From a virus, in IMG/VR virus record IMGVR_UViG_3300034072_000784, positions 1 to 40,019 of that record: 40,019 nt of DNA. One strand, written 5' to 3'. The notes below the pieces were generated by a model. That model had not been told where the DNA came from. It searched no databases and saw only the letters and a program-made list of their open reading frames with translations. This document shows positions 1 to 9,202 of this stretch, piece by piece. The position numbers and the translations under genes were made by a program. Positions within the stretch are counted from its first letter, which is position 1. Each line of letters starts with the position of its first letter.

Positions 1-127
1 AGCAGTTCGGATTGCAGCAGCAGAAATTGCGCTCTGAAACCCAAAAAATGGGACTTGATAGCTATGCCGAGGCTATTCAGGACGTTCTCCGTCGCCCTGA
101 AAATGAGCGAGCATCAACATGGGACGC
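1..127. repeat. 127-bp exact direct repeat with window end (circular closure or terminal redundancy)
   Basis: Read base by base: positions 1-127 are identical to 39893-40019. 127 is a common assembler k-mer length. Confidence 0.95.
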
Positions 128-458
128 CTATGTGGACCAGTTCGTCGCAATGGGCCAGCCGGAAGCCGCGCAGTTGCGTGGTCGCTATTCGGAGCAGACG
201 GCACGCGCGATGCTGGCGCAGGCTGGAAAGCTGTCTGAGTTCAACAAGGCGTCCGAGGTCGATTATCAGGTGATCCCGCAGGGCGGTAAGTTGCAGGGCT
301 TTCAATTTGGCCAGCCGCTAGGCGGTGGTCAGCAGTCAGGCGGACCCCAGCCTGGGGTTATCGAGGACGGATATCGGTTCAAGGGCGGGAACCCCGCTGA
401 CCCGGCATCATGGGAACAGGTAGGAGGTCAGACGGCTCGCCCGTCTGGCGGCTTTTGA
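3..458 (+). CDS. 3' part of wrap-around internal virion/ejection protein (continues the ORF starting at 39745)
   Basis: The frame is open from the window start. The peptide EQQFGLQQQKLRSETQKMGLD is read across the 127-bp overlap in the frame of ATG 39745. The protein is Gln/Gly-rich and sits where a P22 ejection protein would. Confidence 0.8.
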   Translation, partial: QFGLQQQKLRSETQKMGLDSYAEAIQDVLRRPENERASTWDAYVDQFVAMGQPEAAQLRGRYSEQTARAMLAQAGKLSEFNKASEVDYQVIPQGGKLQGFQFGQPLGGGQQSGGPQPGVIEDGYRFKGGNPADPASWEQVGGQTARPSGGF

Positions 459-462
459 TCCC

Positions 463-705
463 ATGGGCATTCCGGGGGAACGAGTAACCAGCACATACAG
501 AGACCCGGCCAGGAACCGCCGTGTTGGAGGCGTCGCGAATAGTTACCATATGCGGCGCGGCCCGGATGGCCGGCCTCTGGCGCGCGATAGTGTTCCTCCT
601 CCTGGGGTGTCAATGGGGGATTATTATAGGCAGTTGCGGCAGCGCAACCCCTTGCTTGATGTTATCAATGAAGGCGATCATATCCATATGGAACCAAGGG
701 GCTAA
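463..705 (+). CDS. small LAS/peptidase M15-like zinc peptidoglycan peptidase (80 aa)
   Basis: It carries the motifs TYRDPARNRRVGG..NSYH...ARD...GDHIHME, i.e. S-x-H, D and H-x-H zinc-ligand spacing as in the M15/YcbK-like fold. ATG lies 5 nt after the upstream stop. Confidence 0.7.
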   Translation: MGIPGERVTSTYRDPARNRRVGGVANSYHMRRGPDGRPLARDSVPPPGVSMGDYYRQLRQRNPLLDVINEGDHIHMEPRG

Positions 706-707
706 TC

Positions 708-3392
708 GTGGCGGGACCGTGGGAAAGATACCAGCAACCGGGCCAGCCCCCTGCCGTCATTTATGGGGAACCTGACCCATTCAAGGCGTCCGCCGAAATT
801 CGTGCGGAGCGGTCCGCCAATCGTCAGGACGCGGCTGCTATCCGTGCGGCAGAGGCTTCCGACAGGGCAGCGGCAGCAGCAGAGCGAGCGGCGGCAACGG
901 ATGCGCGAAAGGTGGCAGCAGAAGAGCGCAAACTTGCCGCTGGTGGAGGGATTGACGCTACCGAGAGCGAGAGGACGGCGGCGTTTCTTGCCACTCGTGT
1001 AGCCAATGGGCTTGAAACGCTAAAGGGTATTGGTAGCGGTGGAGACGCCACGCTCGGCACTCGCATCGCTGAAAATCTGCCATTCGGGCTTGGTAATTAT
1101 GCCATCAGCGAGGATCGGCAAAGGGCCGCCACCGCGCAGTTGGACGTTCTGGATGCTGCGCTGACGCTGGGAACCGGAGCGGCCTATACCAAAGAGCAGA
1201 TTGAAGGATATCGTCAATCCTATTTCCCGCAGCCGGGGGATGGTGATGACGTTATTGCGGACAAGTCGGCCCGTCTGAAAGTCCTGCTTGAGGCTGCGCG
1301 GGTGAAGGCTGGCGCGGCGGCTCCGGCGATTGACCGGGCATTGGCCAATGCTGGAACGGACGCTCTGGCAGGCGCAGCCAAAGAGGAAACCGCCCCCGGC
1401 GACCGCAATGCCCTTATCAGCGCCACGCGCCGCGCAGATGGGCAGTATGATCTTGTGTGGGGTGATGGCCGCAAGCAAGTGTCGGACAGCATCCCTATGG
1501 CGTCCAGTGTCACGGCTGACATTGAGCCACCGCCTACAGACGAGGAACGCAATAGCGCGCTTGGGACGGTCGATGCTGTTGTGCGTGGTATAGCTGACAC
1601 GGTTACGCTTGGCTATGCAGACGAGATTGCGGCGGCTGGCAATACGCTCTTTGGCGGCGGCACCTATGACCAACAGCTTGCCCGCGAACGTGGCATTGAT
1701 CGTCAAGACGAAAGGGTTAATCCATATGCACGCTTGGGCGGACAGATCGCAGGCGGTTTTGCGCTTCCCACTGGAACGGCGACCGGGGCGCGAGGGCTGG
1801 CAAGGATCGGCGCACTATACGGCGCAGGATATGGGAGCGGGTCCGCAGAAGGATCGACAACCGACAGGCTTATCGGCGCTGCGCGGGGCGGTGCTACTGG
1901 CGCGCTCGTGGGCGGTGGATTGGGTGCAATCGGGTCGCGCTTTGCAGGGCGTGGCGGTGGTGGCGGCCCTAATGGTGGTGGGGCAAGCGCTCAAGATTTA
2001 GCGACCGCCGCACAACAGGAGGGTGTCCGGGTTAGTCGCCCTATCGTTGACCCAACGGCGCGACCGCGCATGGCCTACCTAGAGAGCAGTATCGGTGGAA
2101 GTGGGCGCGTTCGCGAGGGCTTGCAGAATACTCGCGACGATTTGGAAGCCCGTGTCACTAGCTTGGGGGATGGCGGGACTGTGCAGTCCCCCGGCATCAT
2201 CGGCCAGCGCGTTCAGGATGCGGCTGTCGGAGCGGATAAGGCTGCGCGCAATGTCGCGCGGCGGGACTATGAGCGCGCGGCGAAAATCGCCCCTGGTGCC
2301 AGGGTTACGGCGACTGAGGCCGTAGGCACTATTGACGGTCACATTCAGCGGTTGAGCGGCAACGCCAATAGCAACAAACCAATGATTGAATTCCTCGAAA
2401 ATGTGAAAGCTGATTTTGTTGGGCCGGACGGATTGCCGCGCGCTAAAACGATTGAGGAAATTCGTGACCTTCGCACGTCCCTGAATGATGAAATTAGCCG
2501 CTCCAACCTTAGCCGGACGCGGGCGGAGACGCTGGTTGAAGATGTAGTTAATGCGGCTAGCCAGGACATTACCCGTGAATTAGGGCAGCAGTCGCCAAAG
2601 GCTTTGGCCTTGTGGCAACGCGGTGACAAGAAGTGGGCGCAGTATAAAACGGACCAAAAGCAACTTACAAGCCTTGTGCTTGGACGGGCCGATGATCCAG
2701 TTAGCGGAGAGGCTGTATTTAATCGCTTGCGCACCATGGTTTCACAAAAAGGCGATGCTGATAAGGTCCAGCGGCTTTTCGATAAACTGCCAGACGATCT
2801 AAAGCGCGACTATGTGGCGACGGTGGCGGAAAGTTTAGGGCGTCGCGCGCCTGATGAGGATTTTTCACCAGCGCTGCTTGTCAGTGCGGCGCGCGGCTTT
2901 TCGGATGAGGCGGCGCAAACGATTTTTGGGCCAGATGGAGCGCGCTCCATCAAGAACCTGAAAATGCTTGCGGAGGCATATAAAAGCACAACCGGCGCGC
3001 TTAATAACACCCGCTCCGGCATGGTGGCGAATTGGGCTAATTTCTTCCGCGACATCGTTGGCGGCGGTTTCATTGGCACGATGCTGGGTGGGCCGGTTGG
3101 CGGCGCTACCGGCATTGCGCTGGGTGCAACGTCTGCCGCGCTAACCGCTGGCGCGCGCAATCTTTCGGCTAAGGCACTAATGAACCCCGATATGTCCAGA
3201 TGGTTGGCGGCGGCTCCGAGGGCTGCTTCTGGCGGCGCAATCAGCCGTCATATCGGAAGGCTGGATGAAATCGCCAAAAAGAACCCGGCAATTGCTCAGA
3301 ACGTCATTCAGTTGAAAGACGCCATTGTCCAGACGGTGAGAGGCGGAGGCCAACAGGCGGCTGCACAAGACACGCAATCAGGGCAAAGATAG
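708..3392 (+). CDS. large internal virion / DNA-ejection protein (894 aa, tape-measure-like)
   Basis: GTG start. It has an N-terminal Ala/Arg/Glu-rich helical region and two Gly-zipper hydrophobic segments (GGATGALVGGGLGAIG and GGGFIGTMLGGPVGGATGIALGA). It is the positional analogue of P22 gp16. Confidence 0.8.
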   Translation: MAGPWERYQQPGQPPAVIYGEPDPFKASAEIRAERSANRQDAAAIRAAEASDRAAAAAERAAATDARKVAAEERKLAAGGGIDATESERTAAFLATRVANGLETLKGIGSGGDATLGTRIAENLPFGLGNYAISEDRQRAATAQLDVLDAALTLGTGAAYTKEQIEGYRQSYFPQPGDGDDVIADKSARLKVLLEAARVKAGAAAPAIDRALANAGTDALAGAAKEETAPGDRNALISATRRADGQYDLVWGDGRKQVSDSIPMASSVTADIEPPPTDEERNSALGTVDAVVRGIADTVTLGYADEIAAAGNTLFGGGTYDQQLARERGIDRQDERVNPYARLGGQIAGGFALPTGTATGARGLARIGALYGAGYGSGSAEGSTTDRLIGAARGGATGALVGGGLGAIGSRFAGRGGGGGPNGGGASAQDLATAAQQEGVRVSRPIVDPTARPRMAYLESSIGGSGRVREGLQNTRDDLEARVTSLGDGGTVQSPGIIGQRVQDAAVGADKAARNVARRDYERAAKIAPGARVTATEAVGTIDGHIQRLSGNANSNKPMIEFLENVKADFVGPDGLPRAKTIEEIRDLRTSLNDEISRSNLSRTRAETLVEDVVNAASQDITRELGQQSPKALALWQRGDKKWAQYKTDQKQLTSLVLGRADDPVSGEAVFNRLRTMVSQKGDADKVQRLFDKLPDDLKRDYVATVAESLGRRAPDEDFSPALLVSAARGFSDEAAQTIFGPDGARSIKNLKMLAEAYKSTTGALNNTRSGMVANWANFFRDIVGGGFIGTMLGGPVGGATGIALGATSAALTAGARNLSAKALMNPDMSRWLAAAPRAASGGAISRHIGRLDEIAKKNPAIAQNVIQLKDAIVQTVRGGGQQAAAQDTQSGQR

Positions 3393-3460
3393 ACAGCCAT
3401 GGAAACGCATCAAACCACCATAGCAACGCTGCCCAGCCCGCAAATCGCAGGATTTTACCC

Positions 3461-5176
3461 ATGGTAACGATCAATCTCCCGCCCCTGCCTATCAACCCGT
3501 TGGGCAACGCTGATACGGTAGCAGCCTTGCGCGCCATTCCTAGCGCAAATCTGGAGAACAACCAAGCCGTCGCTGTGGCTGGGAACATCTCGTCCGGTGA
3601 CGGCGAGGGCGGTATTTATATTTGGTCAGAACTGACGACTACCGCAGACAATGGCACGACGATCATTAAGCCGACTGACCGTCCGCCGCTTGAGGCTGGC
3701 CGCTGGATACTCGTATCCGGTGGTGTCGCGGGCGGCTTCTATGGCCCATCCGCACAGGAGTTTGTCGCGACAGAGGGGCAAACCGACTTTGTTATGCCTT
3801 TCGATCTTGTCACGACGCCGGTTGTATTTGTGAATGGCACAAGGCAGGCATCCGCTGATTTCACCTATTCCGGGGACACATTGACACTTGTCACCCCCGC
3901 GAACGACAGCGATATTGTCACCATACTGGCGGCAGATGACGCTTTATTGCCCTATACCACCATAGACCGGGTTTCTGGCCTGCAAGCTGCGCTGGATAGC
4001 AAGGCAACGCCCGCCTATATCAGCGGCGTTCTTGGGTCGCGCCGGGCCAATGTGCTTGATATTGCGGATTGGGACAAGACCGGCACAAATGATATGGCGT
4101 CCAGTTATCAGGCACTGGTAATTGAAGCCGCAGAGGCAGGCGTCCCGCTAGATTGCGTGGCTGGCAAGGCTCTTCTTGGATCAACAATTACGTTGCCAGG
4201 CGGACATGTGTTTGAGGGCGTAAATAGTGGCGCAATTTTTATTGATCCCACGAAAGCATCATCATTTCTGATTGCGCATAGCGGAAAGGGCTTTATTCGC
4301 AGCGGCGGCAGTAATGCGCCTGTCTCGATCACGAACCAGGTCACGGTCCGCAACCAGCCGACACCTGTCACCAGCGTTCCCTATGTCCCGAACGACCACG
4401 ACTTTGATTATTATTTCGCTGATATCTCCGACCTGAAAATGTCTCGCATCCTTACGCTAAATGCTACGCGCGGCATATACTTCAACGGCGGTCGCAACAA
4501 TATTCATGAGTGGGGAGGCCAGTGCTTCAAGACAGGGCTTCAAGTTGATTGGTCATATGATACTTGCGATATTCAAAGCATACATCTCTGGCCATATTGG
4601 AACCAATCAGAAGAAGTAAAAGAATATATGCAGGATAATCTAACCTCATTCCTGCTTAAAAGGGTTGATAATTCATTCTTCAACAGGATTTTTAGCATTT
4701 GGCACAGATATGGATTTTATATCGATTGGTTTGCGGGTGATGGTCCGACTAAGCCAGCGGGTACCACTTACAAACTGAAACTGTGTCAGGCGGACCTTGA
4801 TATCGGTGATTATCCATATTGGGTTGCGGCAGCAGCAGATGGCCACACGGCGAAATTCTCTCAGGTCACAGCGCAGGCCCGTGACGAGATTATCGCTTCG
4901 TCGCTGCTGACGGTCAACGGCCCTAATTGTCGCATCACTGGCGAGTTTGATGGAGCAGGAAGTGGTGGCAATGTCATCCTATGCACGGCGACGAGCGCTG
5001 GTGGCTTCCTTGATTTGGTCGCGAGTGGAAATAACTGGAATAGAACGGCAACCGGCTTCCCTGCTGTGGAGGTGGAGACTGGTGGAGCGCATGTTGACCT
5101 TTTGCCGGGATCGCGCTTTACCAACGGAAACGGCGGCGCGGTTTCGTCCGGCGATGTAACTGTATGGATACCTTGA
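3461..5176 (+). CDS. tailspike / tail fibre with probable beta-helix (pectate-lyase-like) domain
   Basis: 571-aa ORF downstream of the ejection genes. Sequence character is typical of depolymerase-type tailspikes. Fold not verified. Confidence 0.7.
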   Translation: MVTINLPPLPINPLGNADTVAALRAIPSANLENNQAVAVAGNISSGDGEGGIYIWSELTTTADNGTTIIKPTDRPPLEAGRWILVSGGVAGGFYGPSAQEFVATEGQTDFVMPFDLVTTPVVFVNGTRQASADFTYSGDTLTLVTPANDSDIVTILAADDALLPYTTIDRVSGLQAALDSKATPAYISGVLGSRRANVLDIADWDKTGTNDMASSYQALVIEAAEAGVPLDCVAGKALLGSTITLPGGHVFEGVNSGAIFIDPTKASSFLIAHSGKGFIRSGGSNAPVSITNQVTVRNQPTPVTSVPYVPNDHDFDYYFADISDLKMSRILTLNATRGIYFNGGRNNIHEWGGQCFKTGLQVDWSYDTCDIQSIHLWPYWNQSEEVKEYMQDNLTSFLLKRVDNSFFNRIFSIWHRYGFYIDWFAGDGPTKPAGTTYKLKLCQADLDIGDYPYWVAAAADGHTAKFSQVTAQARDEIIASSLLTVNGPNCRITGEFDGAGSGGNVILCTATSAGGFLDLVASGNNWNRTATGFPAVEVETGGAHVDLLPGSRFTNGNGGAVSSGDVTVWIP

Positions 5177-5177
5177 T

Positions 5178-6389
5178 ATGACCCGTTCAAGAGACGCATC
5201 ACGGCTTGTTCCCGATGGGGCGGATATCATACCTTTCCGCGACGGCGTGCTTTCCGACAAGCTCGGGCAAACCCGCGCCGTCGAGGATTATGCCAATCAG
5301 GCTGATCCGTTTGTAGCGCTGGATGCGGCTACATCGGCCTATGAGCAGATGTTCTTCACGGGCCAAAGTTATACGCCCGAGACACGCCTGTTCAGCCCTG
5401 ACAAACTGCTTACGGGGAGCGGAACGACTTTCACAGCCAATGTCCCCGCTGGACTGACCGATAACCCGGCGAAAAGCGGCCTATGGCACGCTATGTATAT
5501 GGCGGATGATGGAGACGCCGAACTTGGGAGCGCGAACCAGAACGCGGTGTTCGTGTCTGCCTATATGGCCCCGACCGACAGCCTTGCACCTTACCAGAAA
5601 AACGGGGGGCTTTTTAAGATCAGGTCCGCCGACCCTTCCACGGGCTCCACGATCTACCGAGATGCCGTTGCCATGGAGGCGCAGGCCGATGCTGTCGCTG
5701 GCAATATGTTTGCCCGCCTGTTTGGCGCGCACAGCCGCGTTGCCTTCGTAACGGGCAGTGATGGCTATACGCCCGGCATTGAGAGTGAAATCTATAACGA
5801 GGGTGAGGATCAGCCCTTAATTAACCAAACGAATAGCAAGCACGCCTTTCATGGCGTAGCTTCACACGGTCTTGTCACGGCAGGCTTGAAGCTGACGGGC
5901 GTAAATGGCGGCACCTTCCAGCATGGCGTCTATGCGGACCCGGAATCCCTCGCCTCCAACTTCCTGCTGCTGCGTGACGTTTTTTCGGTGAACGCTGCCG
6001 GAACCGTGGCGTCTGCTACCGGCTATATGCCGTTAGTTAACAACGTGGCCACGCTTGGCGCTGGCGCGACACGGTTTAAGTATTCTTATGCCAATGAGAT
6101 TTCCGCAGTTTACAGAATGACCAGCGGAAGCTCGTACGACGTCACTGATAATGACAAGACGATTGTGGTAAACAAAGCAACAGGCAGTGGCACGTTTGTT
6201 GCGCTACCTCCTTCGCCAGTCACAGGGCGAACGATCATCGTAAAGGACGGTAAGGGCGATGCGGCAACTAATCCTATAACCGTGCTACCAACGTCTGGGA
6301 ACATTGATGGTGCTGCCAATTATGTTATATCTGTCAACCGTGCTAGCGCTACATTCCAGTACGACGGCACTGAATGGGTAGTTCTATAA
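5178..6389 (+). CDS. tail fibre protein
   Basis: 403-aa ORF starting 2 nt after the upstream stop. The C-terminal module (VVNKATGSGTFVALPPSP..IIVKDGKGDA..ITV..IDG) is a type I recall from phage fibre C-termini. Confidence 0.65.
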   Translation: MTRSRDASRLVPDGADIIPFRDGVLSDKLGQTRAVEDYANQADPFVALDAATSAYEQMFFTGQSYTPETRLFSPDKLLTGSGTTFTANVPAGLTDNPAKSGLWHAMYMADDGDAELGSANQNAVFVSAYMAPTDSLAPYQKNGGLFKIRSADPSTGSTIYRDAVAMEAQADAVAGNMFARLFGAHSRVAFVTGSDGYTPGIESEIYNEGEDQPLINQTNSKHAFHGVASHGLVTAGLKLTGVNGGTFQHGVYADPESLASNFLLLRDVFSVNAAGTVASATGYMPLVNNVATLGAGATRFKYSYANEISAVYRMTSGSSYDVTDNDKTIVVNKATGSGTFVALPPSPVTGRTIIVKDGKGDAATNPITVLPTSGNIDGAANYVISVNRASATFQYDGTEWVVL

Positions 6390-6390
6390 A

Positions 6391-6513
6391 ATGGATCAAG
6401 TTATGAAACCCTACGCAGTCACCGCGCAATATTACGCCACCGGAAAGAAGTATGTGCGCAATCCTGCCCGTCCGGTGGTTCGCCCTGTCACCCATGCGCT
6501 TGAAGAATATTAA
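6391..6513 (+). CDS. hypothetical 40-aa protein
   Basis: ATG lies 2 nt after the fibre stop and the ORF fills an otherwise empty gap. No clear SD. Confidence 0.3.
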   Translation: MDQVMKPYAVTAQYYATGKKYVRNPARPVVRPVTHALEEY

Positions 6514-6524
6514 GGAGCATTGAT

Positions 6525-6638
6525 ATGTCAGGCGGCACTCAAAAACCACCCCAGGATCAGCGGGCAATGAAGCCCAAGCCCAAGCCGGTTCAGACCGCAT
6601 CGGGTGGCACGCAAAAGCCAAAGGACAAGCGTGCTTGA
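6525..6638 (+). CDS. hypothetical 37-aa Lys/Pro-rich protein
   Basis: AAGGAG lies 7 nt upstream of the ATG. Peptide: MSGGTQKPPQDQRAMKPKPKPVQ... Confidence 0.4.
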   Translation: MSGGTQKPPQDQRAMKPKPKPVQTASGGTQKPKDKRA

Positions 6639-7119
6639 CCTAATACCATATATCCACACACTAGCTGGTGTGGCAGTTCTCTGCGTTGTGACATGGGCGT
6701 TTCTGCGTCCATGCTCCATCCTGCGCTGCCTCGCCGCCGTGGTTGCTGTATGGATCACTGGTTACATATATGGCGACCTAACAGGCGATTACACGCACTG
6801 GCAGTTCAATATCCTGACTGACGCGCTCGCCGCATGGATCATTCTTCGCCATCCTGCCGGAAAGGTGCAGTCCGCCCTTGGTGGCACGTTCGCGGTCCAG
6901 ATCGCGATGCACTCCGCTTATGGCGCAAGAGAATTGTGGAGCAAGGCTGACCCGGTTGCATATTACGAGATGCTGACAATCGTTGCCTACGCGCAACTCG
7001 CTATCATGGGGTTATGGTGTGGGGGACTATGGGGGCGCGCTGCTATTGATTGGTGGAGGCATCGTCATCGCGCGATGGATCGTCGGAAGGGCGCTCAAGG
7101 TGTGGGGCGCTTCGGATGA
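6604..7119 (+). CDS. multi-pass membrane protein, holin candidate
   Basis: It has four to five hydrophobic segments and a highly basic C-terminus (RHRHRAMDRRKG), and sits just upstream of the endolysin. Start is uncertain (GTG 6604 or GTG 6631). Confidence 0.6.
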   Translation: MARKSQRTSVLDLIPYIHTLAGVAVLCVVTWAFLRPCSILRCLAAVVAVWITGYIYGDLTGDYTHWQFNILTDALAAWIILRHPAGKVQSALGGTFAVQIAMHSAYGARELWSKADPVAYYEMLTIVAYAQLAIMGLWCGGLWGRAAIDWWRHRHRAMDRRKGAQGVGRFG

Positions 7120-7322
7120 GCGGTCCGCCGAGTGAATGGTTTACGCCGGGGACCATATTGGGGGTGATCGGCCTTATCGCGGCTGGGGGCGCTGCGTATA
7201 GCCGGTTTGACGGACGGGTCAGTGTTGCTGAGGTGCAAAACGCGGCGCTTGAGAAGCGACTAGACCGTTTGGAAACGAAGCTGGATTACCTTGTCGGTCA
7301 GGTAGCAAAGGGTGACAAATGA
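7116..7322 (+). CDS. single-pass membrane protein with coiled-coil tail (lysis accessory)
   Basis: ATGA overlap with the upstream stop. It has one TM segment (ILGVIGLIAAGGAAY) followed by a heptad-like helix. Confidence 0.6.
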   Translation: MSGPPSEWFTPGTILGVIGLIAAGGAAYSRFDGRVSVAEVQNAALEKRLDRLETKLDYLVGQVAKGDK

Positions 7323-7918
7323 CGATTGACGTCAAAAAGCTGCAAGCAAGCCTTGGCGTTTCTGCCGATGGGATCATTGGTCCCGGTACGCTCCGGGCGC
7401 TTTTCGAGCGCATGGGCGCGGCAACCAGCATGGCTGTTGAGCTTGGTATTGCTGCCAACGTGCATTTCCCTGCCTATGGCATTCTCGATAACCCCTATCG
7501 CCTTGCTCATTTCATGGCCCAGGTTGCGCATGAAAGTGGCGGATTTCGCTACATGGAGGAGATATGGGGGCCAACAGATGCGCAGAAGCGCTACGAAGGC
7601 CGCGCGGACCTTGGCAACACGGTCAAGGGTGACGGCTTCCTGTTCAAGGGGCGTGGGCCAATTCAGATAACCGGACGGTCAAACTACAACAAATATGGCC
7701 GCCTGATCGGGCTTTGGCTTACCGACAAGCCGACGCTTGCCGCCATTCCCGCTATAGGGCTTCATCTGGCCTGCGAATATTGGAAACAAAACGGATTGAA
7801 CGGACTGGCTGGCAATGATGACATTGTGGCCATCACGAAGCGCATAAACGGGGGTGTTAACGGCTTGGAAGACCGCAAAGCCCAGCTGGCAAAGATGAAG
7901 GGGCTTTTGGGGATATGA
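7319..7918 (+). CDS. endolysin: peptidoglycan-binding domain + glycoside hydrolase family 19-like catalytic domain
   Basis: The N-terminus (LGVSADGIIGPGTLRAL) resembles a PG_binding_1-type domain. HFMAQVAHESGGFRYMEE and FKGRGPIQITGRSNY match GH19 endolysin signatures. Confidence 0.9.
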   Translation: MTIDVKKLQASLGVSADGIIGPGTLRALFERMGAATSMAVELGIAANVHFPAYGILDNPYRLAHFMAQVAHESGGFRYMEEIWGPTDAQKRYEGRADLGNTVKGDGFLFKGRGPIQITGRSNYNKYGRLIGLWLTDKPTLAAIPAIGLHLACEYWKQNGLNGLAGNDDIVAITKRINGGVNGLEDRKAQLAKMKGLLGI

Positions 7919-8175
7919 AGCCTTGGTGGGTTCCCGATGCGCGCGGCGCTATTGGCATTGGCGTCTATCTGCTTGTGATGATGGTTTTTGCGCTGATGGC
8001 GTGGAAATCCGAACTAAGGCAGGATGAATTTTTCAAGACCGTATCAACCCTGATCGTCGGGGCATTCATCAAGGATGTTGTAGCTTGGGCCTTTAGCGCG
8101 ACAAAAGGCGGTGGCGAGCTTGCAGAGCGCAACGCGGCACTTGTGAAGCAAAAGGTCGAGGAGCAAAACCCATGA
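7915..8175 (+). CDS. two-TM membrane protein (holin/antiholin candidate)
   Basis: ATGA overlap with the endolysin stop. It has two hydrophobic segments and a charged C-terminus. Confidence 0.65.
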   Translation: MKPWWVPDARGAIGIGVYLLVMMVFALMAWKSELRQDEFFKTVSTLIVGAFIKDVVAWAFSATKGGGELAERNAALVKQKVEEQNP

Positions 8176-8462
8176 CAAAAATTCATGTCATAGACACGGA
8201 ATATGAGCATGGCAGTTATCTCGCCATGGCCGCGAGGTCGGGCCGCATCCTCGCGGAAATGTCGCAGGATGGTTCTGAATTGATCGGCCATGTCTCAATC
8301 GGCATTTATAGCGACGGCTCTTATAGCTGCGGCTTCAAGATGCCAGACGATCAACCATTCATGGGACCAACCCTATTCTGCGCGTTCATCAAGGAGGTGA
8401 TCGAGCGCGAAATGACAGGGAAGCTGGCCGCCGACGATTATGCCAAGGAGTTTCTTCTGTGA
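8172..8462 (+). CDS. hypothetical protein (96 aa)
   Basis: ATGA-coupled ORF inside the lysis cassette. It appears soluble. Confidence 0.6.
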   Translation: MTKIHVIDTEYEHGSYLAMAARSGRILAEMSQDGSELIGHVSIGIYSDGSYSCGFKMPDDQPFMGPTLFCAFIKEVIEREMTGKLAADDYAKEFLL

Positions 8463-8557
8463 ACCTCCCAGCATTCGTCCTCGGCCAGCTATCCGACCAT
8501 TGGCGTAAGGCTCTATGGATGGTGATTGGCGCGGGCGTGGTGTTTGTATTTCGATAA
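8459..8557 (+). CDS. 32-aa hydrophobic peptide
   Basis: GTGA overlap with the upstream stop and AAGGAG 8 nt upstream. It ends in a TM-like stretch (LWMVIGAGVVFVF). Confidence 0.4.
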   Translation: MNLPAFVLGQLSDHWRKALWMVIGAGVVFVFR

Positions 8558-8603
8558 GCATCCCGGCCACGGGGTTCAGTGGCATAGAAGAAGGAGAAGT
8601 TAA

Positions 8604-8846
8604 ATGTTGACCGTACTGCATCGCAAGCCTGATGGTTCCGAACGTATTTTCGAAGCCGAAAGTGTGACGCGCTTTCCGCCAGAGGGCGAGGAAAGCATTC
8701 CAGCGATGGGTAAAGTTGTGGCGCTTTTGGCCGATGGCGGCGATAGCCCGTCCAGTTGCGCAGAGCTATCTATCGCTCAGCCATTCGGCGCTGTCTTTGT
8801 GATGAACAGGTTTGGTGTAACTGTGGCTAGCTACAGGGGCGCATAA
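8604..8846 (+). CDS. hypothetical protein (80 aa)
   Basis: GAAGGAGAAG lies shortly upstream of the ATG. Confidence 0.6.
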   Translation: MLTVLHRKPDGSERIFEAESVTRFPPEGEESIPAMGKVVALLADGGDSPSSCAELSIAQPFGAVFVMNRFGVTVASYRGA

Positions 8847-8848
8847 CC

Positions 8849-9202
8849 ATGACGGCCCTCATAGCAGCATGGTCCGTTGTGAGGGCCAACTGGAAACTGG
8901 TGGCGGGTATCGCGCTCGGAGCGTTCCTCTGCTTTCCCCTCGCATATTGTCAGGGAAAGCGAGACGCGAAGATAGTCGGTGCCGCGAAGCTGGAGGCCGC
9001 ATCAGCCAAGGTCGAGCGGGCAGCGACACAAGCCGAACTGGCCGCTACGGTTGCTGATGCCATGCGCCGCGCTCAAACTAGGGAAGAAACCGATGAATTG
9101 CGAACGATCATCCAGGAAGCGCCTGCGGGCGATAATGCTGGCCCTGCCGTGTCTGCCGTTTTAAATAAGCTTCGATCGCGTCATCGGTCAAAATCTGAAT
9201 AA
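8849..9202 (+). CDS. i-spanin (Rz-like) candidate
   Basis: It has an N-terminal TM segment (WKLVAGIALGAFLCFPLAY) followed by an Ala/Glu/Arg-rich coiled coil. The last ~30 codons overlap the 3' end of the antisense HNH gene. Confidence 0.6.
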   Translation: MTALIAAWSVVRANWKLVAGIALGAFLCFPLAYCQGKRDAKIVGAAKLEAASAKVERAATQAELAATVADAMRRAQTREETDELRTIIQEAPAGDNAGPAVSAVLNKLRSRHRSKSE

